The position numbers were made by a program, and so were the translations under genes. This document shows, one piece after another, positions 1 through 7,773 of a stretch of DNA of 43,297 nucleotides. Position 1 is the first letter of the stretch. Each line of letters begins with the position of its first letter. This stretch comes from Oscillospiraceae bacterium (GTDB lineage Bacteria; Bacillota; Clostridia; Oscillospirales; Acutalibacteraceae), in assembly GCA_902782845.1 (NCBI GenBank), contig CACZOP010000164.1:1-43297 (forward strand). Direction: 5' to 3'. Below the pieces are notes generated by a model that made no database searches, had not been told where the DNA came from, and saw only the letters and a list, made by a program, of their open reading frames with translations.

Positions 1-255
1 CTGAGGTATCTTGTTCCGGTGATGAACGCCTGCAGGAATCTGTATCTCGAGACCGGCACGTTTCTGATGCACAACGGCTTACGTCATTTTTGTGAGAACA
101 TGGGCGCGGACCGGCTTTTATACGGCAGCGGCGCGCCGGACGGCTCTATTGCCGCGACGGTTTCGCAGCTTCTGCTCTCCGACATTTCGGACGAAGAAAA
201 AGAAATGATCGCTTCGGGCAATCTCGCCCGCCTGCTATCGGAGGTGAACCTATGA
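1..255 (+). CDS. Amidohydrolase-family (metal-dependent TIM-barrel hydrolase) protein, C-terminal part; truncated by window edge
   Basis: Frame open from nt 1. C-terminus (ADRLLYGSGAPDG...EEKEMIASGNLARLL) parallels the C-terminus of the next gene (ADRLCYGSDVPFYD...EDKEKILGGNARRLL). Stop overlaps the next start (ATGA at 252-255). Confidence 0.75.
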   Translation: MRYLVPVMNACRNLYLETGTFLMHNGLRHFCENMGADRLLYGSGAPDGSIAATVSQLLLSDISDEEKEMIASGNLARLLSEVNL

Positions 256-1028
256 TCGGCGCAAACGTTTTGCAGGGCAAACCTTTTGAGGGCGTATTCG
301 TTTTTGATATCCACGCCCATATCAACGACACTTCCGACTTCCAGATGCTGGACACCGCCCCGGCGCAGGTGGCGGATACCATGGACAGACTCGGCATTGC
401 CGGCGGCTGCGTATCTTCAATTCTTTCCATCCACGCCGATTGCGCGCTGGGAAACAAATATGTGCTCGAGGCAACAAAAGAACATCCGGGGAAATTATAC
501 GGCTACGTGACCGTTTCGCCGCATCACAACGACGTGGAGCTCGATCCGTTTTTCAGGGAACCGGGCATAAAAGGGCTGAAGGTGCACGCCGCGTTCCACC
601 GCGCCTCCATCAGCGACCCGCGCTATACGCCGTTTTTTGAATATGCGGACCGGCATGCGCTCCCCGTGCTTTTCCACACCTGGGAGATCGTGGATATCAT
701 TCACGTGGCGGATATCGCCGCAAGATACAAAAACGCGAAATTTATCATCGGGCACGGCGCCATGCGGCTTTGGGAAGTCAAACGCGAGGTGATCGACGCG
801 GTGCAAAAATATGAAAACGTGTTCGCCGATACCACCGTTTCGGTGGCCTACGACGGCGCTGTTGAATACGCGGCTGAAAAGCTGGGCGCGGACAGGCTCT
901 GCTACGGCAGCGACGTTCCGTTTTACGACTGCCGCCACGTGGTGGGCAAGGTGGCGACAAGCAGGCTGCGCGACGAAGACAAAGAAAAGATTTTAGGCGG
1001 AAACGCCCGCCGGCTGTTGCATCTGTGA
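252..1028 (+). CDS. Amidohydrolase-family protein (PF04909-like)
   Basis: 258-aa ORF. FDIHAHI metal-binding N-terminal motif, conserved His/Asp positions, CYGSDVPF C-terminal motif. Translationally coupled to the upstream paralog. Confidence 0.85.
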   Translation: MIGANVLQGKPFEGVFVFDIHAHINDTSDFQMLDTAPAQVADTMDRLGIAGGCVSSILSIHADCALGNKYVLEATKEHPGKLYGYVTVSPHHNDVELDPFFREPGIKGLKVHAAFHRASISDPRYTPFFEYADRHALPVLFHTWEIVDIIHVADIAARYKNAKFIIGHGAMRLWEVKREVIDAVQKYENVFADTTVSVAYDGAVEYAAEKLGADRLCYGSDVPFYDCRHVVGKVATSRLRDEDKEKILGGNARRLLHL

Positions 1029-1052
1029 CTTTACGTAAGGAGGACGAAAGAA

Positions 1053-2450
1053 ATGAATATTCTGGTGATCAACGGTTCGCCGAAAGGTAAAAACAGCATC
1101 ACGCTGCAAACCGTGCTCTACATCCAAAAACACTTCCCCGCGCACACCTTTGAAATTCTGCACGCGGGGCAGAAGATCAGAGCTTACGAGAAGGACTTTA
1201 CCCCCTGCAAAGAAGCGATTGAAAAAGCGGATCTGCTGCTCTTTTCCTATCCCGTGTATACCTTTCTCGTGCCGGCGCAGCTGCACCGCTTTATCGAGCT
1301 GATGAAAGAACACGGCGTTGCGGTCTCCGGAAAACACGCCACCCAGCTCTCCACCTCAAAACATTTTTACGACGTGACCGCCCACCGCTTTATACAGGAT
1401 AACTGCGACGACATGGGACTTAGTTACATCCGCGGGCTTTCGGCCGATATGGAGGACCTGCTCGCCGAAAAAGGAAGAAAACAGGCGCTGGACTTTTTCC
1501 GCTTCGTCTGCTTCAGCATGGAAAACGGCGTCTGCGAACCCGCGTTTTATAAACCCGGAAAAACAGATACGGGCGTTCGGGAGATCTTCGTTCCCGAAGC
1601 AGAAGCGCAAAACAGAACGAAGTCCGGCAAAATCGTGGTGGTAGCGGATCTCGGGAACGACAAGAACGGCGCGCTTGCCGCGATGATCGGCTGCTTCAAG
1701 GCGGATTGCCCGCGCGAGGTACAGGTGGAGGATCTGTCGCAGTTTCCCTTTTCCGGCGGCTGCCTCGGCTGCTTCCACTGCGCTTCCGGCGGAAAATGCG
1801 TATATAAAGACGGATTCGACAATTATTTGCGGACAAAGATCCAAAGCGCTCAGGCCATCGTATACGCCTTCACAGTGCGGGATCATTCCATGGGCAGTAC
1901 GATGAAGCTCTTCGACGACCGGCAGTTCTGCAACGGCCACCGGACCGTCACCATGGGCAAGCCCGTGGGTTATCTGATCGAAGGCGGCCTGAACCATGAG
2001 CCGAATCTGCGGATGCTGATGGAATCCCGCGCCGAAGCCGGCGGCAATTATCTGGCGGGGATCGTCTGCAGCGAAAAGGAACCGGAACAAAGCATAGCTG
2101 CCTTGGCAAAAACGCTGGACTACGCCATCGACAACAGCTATCAGCCCCCGGCGGATTTCTACGGCGTTGGGGGAATGAAGATCTTCCGCGACCTTATCTA
2201 TCAGATGCAGGGCCTTATGCGGGAGGATCACAGGTTTTATAAAGAACACGGGTTTTATAAAGATTTCCCGCAGAAGCACAAAGGGAAGCTCGCCGCCATG
2301 TATCTGGTGGGCGCCATGATGAGCAATGAAAAGGTCAGCAAAAAAATCGGCAACAGAATGACCGAAGGAATGCTCATGCCTTATCGGCAGGTGATGAAAG
2401 CGGAAGACAAACAAAAAAGCAGACCGCTGCCGGGAAAAAGAAAAAAATAA
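1053..2450 (+). CDS. Two-domain flavodoxin-fold NAD(P)H-dependent oxidoreductase / iron-sulfur-flavoprotein-like protein
   Basis: N-terminus MNILVINGSPKGKNS is typical of FMN-reductase/flavodoxin-like proteins. A second flavodoxin-like half carries a Cys cluster (GGCLGCFHCASGGKCVYKD). RBS AAGGAGG lies upstream. Confidence 0.8.
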   Translation: MNILVINGSPKGKNSITLQTVLYIQKHFPAHTFEILHAGQKIRAYEKDFTPCKEAIEKADLLLFSYPVYTFLVPAQLHRFIELMKEHGVAVSGKHATQLSTSKHFYDVTAHRFIQDNCDDMGLSYIRGLSADMEDLLAEKGRKQALDFFRFVCFSMENGVCEPAFYKPGKTDTGVREIFVPEAEAQNRTKSGKIVVVADLGNDKNGALAAMIGCFKADCPREVQVEDLSQFPFSGGCLGCFHCASGGKCVYKDGFDNYLRTKIQSAQAIVYAFTVRDHSMGSTMKLFDDRQFCNGHRTVTMGKPVGYLIEGGLNHEPNLRMLMESRAEAGGNYLAGIVCSEKEPEQSIAALAKTLDYAIDNSYQPPADFYGVGGMKIFRDLIYQMQGLMREDHRFYKEHGFYKDFPQKHKGKLAAMYLVGAMMSNEKVSKKIGNRMTEGMLMPYRQVMKAEDKQKSRPLPGKRKK

Positions 2451-2472
2451 CCGAAGAATGCGCTGCAAAGGA

Positions 2473-2501
2473 TTGTATTGCTTTTTTCGGTATGATAGAA
2501 T
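2473..2501 (+). promoter_or_regulatory. Putative sigma-A promoter for the 2529 gene (TTGTAT-17 nt-TAGAAT with upstream TGn)
   Basis: Hexamers read directly: TTGTAT 2473-2478, TG 2493-2494, TAGAAT 2496-2501. RBS GGAGGA lies at about 2514. Confidence 0.4.
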
Positions 2502-2528
2502 AAAACAAAAAACGGAGGAACGAATCAG

Positions 2529-5500
2529 ATGCTATACAAGAAAAACGGCGCGCCGAAGCTGGATGATGCGCTGTTCAGAAACCCCACCAGCGAATACCGC
2601 GGCACTCCCTTCTGGGCGTTGAACGATTATCTTACAAAAGAAGAACTCGAACGGCAGATTGACATATTCCGCGAAATGGGGCTTGGCGGTTTCCATCTGC
2701 ACGTGCGCACGGGGCTCAAGAATAAATATCTGAGCGACGAATACATGGACTTGATGCGCGCCTGTGTGGACAAGGCAAAAGCCAACGAAATGCTCGCCTG
2801 GCTCTACGACGAGGATCGCTGGCCCTCCGGCGCCGCGGGCGGACTTGTTACCAAGGACGAAAAATACCGCGCCCGCTGTCTGCTGTTTACAAACGCCTAT
2901 GAAGACGAAACCCACACGTCCGACGACTCCTCCTCCCGGGGCGGAAGAAGCGGCAAAGGGACTCTCCTTGCCGTTTACGACGTGACGCTTGACGAAAACA
3001 ACTGCCTCAGATCCTATCGCCGGATCAACAGGGACGACGACGCAGCGGGCAGCAAATGGTACGCCTTTTTAGAGATCAGTCAGCCGTCCACCTGGTATAA
3101 CAACCAGACCTACGTCGATACGCTGAGCAAAGAAGCCATCGAGCGCTTTGTGGAAGTCACGCACAAACGCTATAAAGAGAAAGTCGGCGACGAATTCGAC
3201 AAAACCGTGCCCGCCATTTTTACCGACGAGCCCCAGTTCTCACGCAAGGAAGTGCTGGACGTCAGCGCGCCGGACGGCAACGTAGACGTAACCATGCCCT
3301 GGACAGACAAGGTGCCGGAGCTTTACAGAGCGGCTTACGGGGCGGATATCATGGAAACGCTGCCGGAAATTTTCTGGGAGCTGCCCGACGGAAAAATCAG
3401 CGTCGCCCGCTATCGCTACCACGATTTTATCGCGGAGCTCTTTGCGCAGTCCTTTGCAGACACCGTGGGCGGTTGGTGCGCAGAAAACAATATCGCGCTC
3501 ACAGGCCACATGATGGAGGAGCCCTCGCTCCGCAGCCAGACAGCGGCGTTGGGCGAAGCCATGCGGTCCTATCGGTCCTTCGGGCTGCCGGGCATCGATC
3601 TTCTTTGCAACAGTCATGAATTCACCACCGCGAAACAGGCGCAGTCCGCCACGCATCAGTTCGGCTATGAGGGCGTGCTCTCGGAGCTCTACGGCGTGAC
3701 CGGCTGGGACGCCGATTTCCGTTTGTATAAGCATCAGGGCGACTGGCAGGCGGCGCTCGGCATCACCGTGCGCGTTCCGCACCTTTCGTGGTATTCCATG
3801 GGGGGCGAAGCAAAGCGCGACTACCCCGCATCCATCAGCTATCAGTCCCCGTGGTATAAGGAATGGGGCGCTGTGGAGGATCATTTCGCCCGTGTGAACA
3901 CCGCGCTCACCCGCGGCAAACCCAAGTTGAAAGTGGCTGTGGTGCATCCCGTGGAATCCTTCTGGCTCCACTGGGGTCCCAAAGACAAAACCGCCAGTAT
4001 CCGCGAAGATCTGGACCGGCATTTCCAGGATCTGACAGACTGGCTGGTGGCGGGCTGCGTCGACTTCGACTTTATCAGCGAATCCCTGCTGCCCCGGTTG
4101 TGCGAAAAAGCTTCCGCGCCGCTTAAAGTGGGTAAAATGACCTACGACACCGTGATCGTGCCCGGAAACGAAACGCTGCGCTCCACTACCCTCGACCGGC
4201 TGGAGGCCTTTAAGGCTGCCGGCGGCAGGCTGATTTTCCTCGGCAACGCGCCCACGCTTGAAAACGCCGTTCCCTCTGCGCGCGGCAAAGCATTGTTCGA
4301 CAAATGCGAACAGGTGGAATTTGCCCACGCCGCGGTGCTCAAGGCCTTGGAACCCGACAGGTTGATCGAGCTGCGCTATCACGACGGACGCCTCACAAAC
4401 GAATTCCTCTATCAGATGCGGGAAGACGCGGACGGCGACTGGCTCTTTATCGCCCACACCCGGGAGCCTGGCAACAAGGATATGCCCTCCCGCCGCCACG
4501 TGATTCTTACCGTAAAGGGAGAATACGCCCCCAGGCTCTACGATACCGCCACCGGGGAGATCTCTGATCCCGGAGCGAATTACGCAAACGGCAACACCGT
4601 AATCAAAACGGTGCTGCACGGCTACGATTCTCTGCTGCTGAAGCTGGTTCCCGGCAGAACGGAGACGCCCGCCGCCTTCCCCGAACAAAAATGGAAAATC
4701 GCTTCTTATGTAAAAGAAGCGAAGCTCTCCCTCACCGAGCCCAACGTGCTGATTCTCGATCAGGCGGAATACGCGCTTGACGGCGGCGAATTCTATCCCA
4801 AAGAAGAGATCCTGCGGCTCGACAACGTGCTGCGGAAGAAGATCGGCGTGCCTCAGCGCGGCGGCGGAAGCGTTCAGCCCTGGACGCTGAAGGACGAGCC
4901 TGCATCCCATACCATCACACTGAAATATACGTTCCGGAGCGAGATCGAAGTGTCTGACGCCATGCTTGCGCTGGAGGACGCGGACGTTTCCGACATCACG
5001 TTCAACGGCGAAAAGGTGGATAATACAACCGTCGGAAACTTCGTGGACATCGCCATATGGAAGGTACGTCTGCCCGCCGTCAGAAAAGGCCGCAACGAAC
5101 TGATCGTAACGCAGCCCTTCGGCGAACGCACAAATACCGAAGCTATGTTTATCCTCGGCGATTTCGGCGTGCGTGTGGAAGGCGACAGCGCCGTGATCAC
5201 AGACGGCATCGACCGGAAGACCTTCTTCGGCGACCTCACACGGCAGGGACTTCCCTTCTACGGCGGTACGGTAAAATACACCTTCAGCGCCGAAGCGAAG
5301 AACGGCCGGATCGCTGTAAAGGCGTCCTGGTACCGGGGCGCGCTCATCAAGGTGTTCTGCGACGGCGTTATTGCCGGGCGCATCATCAACCCGCCCTATA
5401 TCCTCACCATCGACGGGCTGTCGGACGGCGCGCACGAGATCACGCTGGAGCTCTTTATCCATCGCTACAACACCTTCGGTCCGATTCATCTGTCAAACGA

Positions 5501-5612
5501 GCATGCTACCTGGCACGGCCCCGGAGCGTGGCGTACCACGGATGACGAGTGGAGTTATCAGTATGTGCTCCGCCGCACCGGCATTCTGAAATCCCCCGAA
5601 ATTTTAGACTGA
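2529..5612 (+). CDS. Large (1027 aa) glycoside-hydrolase-like protein, family unresolved (possibly GH106-like), no signal peptide
   Basis: The N-terminal block PFWALNDYLTKEELERQIDIFREMGLGGFHLHVRTGL...AWLYDEDRWPSGAAGG recalls the N-termini of about 1000-aa clostridial proteins annotated as glycosyl hydrolases. Long C-terminal beta-sandwich-like regions. Family call is from memory only. Confidence 0.6.
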   Translation: MLYKKNGAPKLDDALFRNPTSEYRGTPFWALNDYLTKEELERQIDIFREMGLGGFHLHVRTGLKNKYLSDEYMDLMRACVDKAKANEMLAWLYDEDRWPSGAAGGLVTKDEKYRARCLLFTNAYEDETHTSDDSSSRGGRSGKGTLLAVYDVTLDENNCLRSYRRINRDDDAAGSKWYAFLEISQPSTWYNNQTYVDTLSKEAIERFVEVTHKRYKEKVGDEFDKTVPAIFTDEPQFSRKEVLDVSAPDGNVDVTMPWTDKVPELYRAAYGADIMETLPEIFWELPDGKISVARYRYHDFIAELFAQSFADTVGGWCAENNIALTGHMMEEPSLRSQTAALGEAMRSYRSFGLPGIDLLCNSHEFTTAKQAQSATHQFGYEGVLSELYGVTGWDADFRLYKHQGDWQAALGITVRVPHLSWYSMGGEAKRDYPASISYQSPWYKEWGAVEDHFARVNTALTRGKPKLKVAVVHPVESFWLHWGPKDKTASIREDLDRHFQDLTDWLVAGCVDFDFISESLLPRLCEKASAPLKVGKMTYDTVIVPGNETLRSTTLDRLEAFKAAGGRLIFLGNAPTLENAVPSARGKALFDKCEQVEFAHAAVLKALEPDRLIELRYHDGRLTNEFLYQMREDADGDWLFIAHTREPGNKDMPSRRHVILTVKGEYAPRLYDTATGEISDPGANYANGNTVIKTVLHGYDSLLLKLVPGRTETPAAFPEQKWKIASYVKEAKLSLTEPNVLILDQAEYALDGGEFYPKEEILRLDNVLRKKIGVPQRGGGSVQPWTLKDEPASHTITLKYTFRSEIEVSDAMLALEDADVSDITFNGEKVDNTTVGNFVDIAIWKVRLPAVRKGRNELIVTQPFGERTNTEAMFILGDFGVRVEGDSAVITDGIDRKTFFGDLTRQGLPFYGGTVKYTFSAEAKNGRIAVKASWYRGALIKVFCDGVIAGRIINPPYILTIDGLSDGAHEITLELFIHRYNTFGPIHLSNEHATWHGPGAWRTTDDEWSYQYVLRRTGILKSPEILD

Positions 5613-5700
5613 TGTTCTTCCCTTCCGAATCCGCCGGATTTTAACGGGAGTTTAGAAACAGGCGTCCGAACCGACAGATTAAGACAGCCTTTTTATGAAA

Positions 5701-5735
5701 GATCCGCTATGATATACACAGCGGGTCTTTTTTTA
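5701..5735 (+). terminator. Rho-independent terminator downstream of the 2529-5612 gene
   Basis: GATCCGCT (5701-5708) pairs with AGCGGGTC (5720-5727): 8 bp with one G-U pair and an 11-nt loop, followed by TTTTTTT (5728-5734). Confidence 0.65.
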
Positions 5736-5751
5736 TTCTGAAACGAAAGAA

Positions 5752-6114
5752 GTGGGAAACTTGAAAATCAAAGAAGAAGAACAAACGCTGACCGTATATC
5801 TCACGGGCGAGCTGGATCATCATGCGGCAAAACCCATGCGGGAAGAAACCGACGAAGCGCTGCTGCTGCGCAGGCCGAAAACCCTGCTGCTGGATTTTTC
5901 CGGCGTTTCGTTTATGGATTCCTCCGGCGTAGGCTTTGTGATGGGACGCTACAAAAAGGCCGCGGAGCTGGGCTGCAAAACGGCGGTCAGAGGTTTATCG
6001 CAGAAACACGAACGAATCATGCGGTTTTCCGGCTTGCCGCAGCTTGTGGAATTCCGGAAGGTGCCCGTTGAGACCGCAGTACAGAATCATCAGATATCGG
6101 GAGATAAAAAATGA
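5752..6114 (+). CDS. spoIIAA: Anti-sigma-F factor antagonist SpoIIAA (STAS domain)
   Basis: LTGELDHH and FMDSSGVGFV (phosphorylatable Ser) motifs match SpoIIAA. GTG start at 5752, with an alternative TTG at 5761. The operon context is spoIIAB-sigF. Confidence 0.9.
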   Translation: MGNLKIKEEEQTLTVYLTGELDHHAAKPMREETDEALLLRRPKTLLLDFSGVSFMDSSGVGFVMGRYKKAAELGCKTAVRGLSQKHERIMRFSGLPQLVEFRKVPVETAVQNHQISGDKK

Positions 6115-6548
6115 AAAAAACCAACGAGATAAAATTACGTTTTCCTGCAAAATCCGTCAACGAAGGCTTTGCCCGCGCCGCCGTCGCCGCGTTCACTTCG
6201 CTGTGCGATCCCACCGTGGAAGAACTGAGCGACGTTAAAACGGCGGTCAGCGAAGCGGTGACCAACGCCATCGTCCACGCCTACAAAGACCGCGACGGGC
6301 AAATCGACGTAAACGCAGCGATCTATGAGGGAAACCTGCTCAAGATCCGTGTAAAAGACAGGGGCATCGGAATCGAAGACGTCGGCAAAGCGATGGAACC
6401 GCTGTTTACAACGGCGGGCGACGACCGCTCGGGGCTCGGCTTTACCGTAATGCAGAGCTTTTCCGACAAGCTGCAGGTCCGCTCCCGCCCCGGCGTCGGA
6501 ACGACGGTTACCATCACTAAACATATCAAAGGGAAAGAAACGCCCTGA
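6111..6548 (+). CDS. spoIIAB: Anti-sigma-F factor SpoIIAB (GHKL serine kinase)
   Basis: N-box region AVSEAVTNAIVHAY, G1 box DRGIGI and G2-like GLGF motif. ATGA overlap with spoIIAA. Confidence 0.93.
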   Translation: MKKTNEIKLRFPAKSVNEGFARAAVAAFTSLCDPTVEELSDVKTAVSEAVTNAIVHAYKDRDGQIDVNAAIYEGNLLKIRVKDRGIGIEDVGKAMEPLFTTAGDDRSGLGFTVMQSFSDKLQVRSRPGVGTTVTITKHIKGKETP

Positions 6549-6549
6549 C

Positions 6550-7206
6550 ATGGAAGAAACAAAAGAAAGGGACGCTCTCGTTACCGGGAACATCCGACTG
6601 GTACACGCCTGCGCGAACCGGTTCAAAGACCGCGGCGTGGAATATGAGGATCTGTTTCAGGCGGGATGCGTCGGCCTTGTAAAAGCCGCAGCGGGGTTCG
6701 ACCCGGCGCTGGGGTTCCGGTTTTCCACCTACGCAGTCCCGGCGATCCTCGGAGAGATCAGGCGTATCTTCAGAGACGGCGGCACGGTAAAGATCGGCCG
6801 CAGCGCAAAAGAAAAAGCAAAGCGGCTGCTGGACCTGCAGCAGTCGCTGACCGTATCGCTCGGACGGGAACCCACAGTGCGGGAGATCGCCGAAAGCGCA
6901 AAACTGGAGCCGGAGGAAACCGCAGCGCTGCTCAGCGCCTGCCTGCCGCCCGTTTCTCTGACCGCGGAAGAAGACGGCGGCGAAATCGATCTGCCGGAAA
7001 AGGACGAGCATGAGGCGATCCAGCAGAGGCTCGATCTTTCCGCCGCGATGAACCGTCTGCCCGAACGGGACCGGACCCTGATCGAGCTGCGGTATTTTAA
7101 GGGATACACCCAAACCGCAACAGCGCAATGCCTCGGCATGTCACAGGTGCAGGTTTCCCGCAGTGAAAAACGGATCCTCGGCGTTTTGCGGGGCTATCTG
7201 CTCTGA
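6550..7206 (+). CDS. sigF: Sporulation sigma factor SigF
   Basis: Sigma-70 regions 2, 3 and 4: DLFQAGCVGLVKAAAGFD, FSTYAVPAILGEIRR, and the region 4.2 HTH TQTATAQCLGMSQVQVSRSEKR. Lies immediately after spoIIAB. Confidence 0.9.
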   Translation: MEETKERDALVTGNIRLVHACANRFKDRGVEYEDLFQAGCVGLVKAAAGFDPALGFRFSTYAVPAILGEIRRIFRDGGTVKIGRSAKEKAKRLLDLQQSLTVSLGREPTVREIAESAKLEPEETAALLSACLPPVSLTAEEDGGEIDLPEKDEHEAIQQRLDLSAAMNRLPERDRTLIELRYFKGYTQTATAQCLGMSQVQVSRSEKRILGVLRGYLL

Positions 7207-7214
7207 TTCCGGAT

Positions 7215-7718
7215 TCATTTGTCCAGAAGCAGCTCCATACCGGTTTTTTGCGGTTGCATCCCCATGGCCTCATAAAAGCGCTGTGCCTGCGGATTGCAGG
7301 ACCAGACGTTCAGCGTTACGTTATAAAAACCGTGTTCTTTCGCGTAACCGATCACATACCGGTATAACGCCTTCCCGACGCCCTGCCCGCGGTGCGCTTC
7401 ATCCACGCAGATATCGTCGATATACAGCGTTCTGACGTCCGTCAGCACGTGATCACCAACGATCTGTTTATGTACGCAAAAAGCGTGCCCGATAACGTCG
7501 CCCGCCGGATCGACGCAGACAAAAACAGGCGAAGCGTCGTTCCGGAACAATTCCTTCAGCTCCTCCGCGTTGTATTTCGTCGCGGGCCCCTTGAATATAT
7601 CCGGGCGACCGCGGTGATGCACCATATCCACCTGCAAAAGCAAACCGAGGACCGCAGGGATATCTTCATCCACGGCGCGTCTGATCTTATACTCCATAAC
7701 ACGATTCTTCCTTTTCAT
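7215..7718 (-). CDS. GNAT-family N-acetyltransferase
   Basis: 167-aa ORF with an acetyl-CoA-binding motif (HRGQGVGKALY). Last gene of the long minus-strand cluster. Converges on sigF with an 8-bp gap. Confidence 0.85.
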   Translation of the reverse strand: MKRKNRVMEYKIRRAVDEDIPAVLGLLLQVDMVHHRGRPDIFKGPATKYNAEELKELFRNDASPVFVCVDPAGDVIGHAFCVHKQIVGDHVLTDVRTLYIDDICVDEAHRGQGVGKALYRYVIGYAKEHGFYNVTLNVWSCNPQAQRFYEAMGMQPQKTGMELLLDK

Positions 7719-7729
7719 TCCGGATGATA

Positions 7730-7757
7730 AAACCGCCTCTGCAACCGGAGACGGTTT
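7730..7757 (-). terminator. Hairpin terminator candidate after the MBL/TIM fusion gene
   Basis: AAACCG.CTC/GAG.CGGTTT stem (7730-7757) with U-rich flanks on both strands. Only 12 nt upstream of the GNAT start, so read-through is likely. Confidence 0.4.
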
Positions 7758-7773
7758 ATCGTTTTATCTTTGA

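Noticed and set aside
3240-5489. 749-aa ORF antisense to the 2529-5612 gene. Similar long antisense ORFs occur at 1356-2468, 8053-9042, 10514-11242, 13595-14554, 14818-17094, 17091-17993, 18505-19263, 19361-20503, 25854-26498, 27510-28181, 28705-30141, 30003-31133, 34935-35915, 36362-37249 and 37084-37908.
   Set aside because: These are shadow ORFs, typical of GC-rich DNA. Their translations are low-complexity and rich in R, G, A, H and V, with no recognisable motifs, RBS or promoter. The opposite strand in each case encodes a protein with clear family motifs.
6550-7206. SigF is short (218 aa) compared with B. subtilis SigF (255 aa). A truncated gene or mis-called start was considered.
   Set aside because: The ORF begins 2 nt after the spoIIAB stop, so no in-frame extension is possible. 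Regions 2 to 4 are complete and only the poorly conserved N-terminal tail is missing.
7207-7214. sigF and the convergent GNAT gene are separated by only 8 bp with no terminator between them.
   Set aside because: Convergent overlap of 3' UTRs is common in compact genomes. There is no structure or motif here to suggest a specific antisense mechanism.
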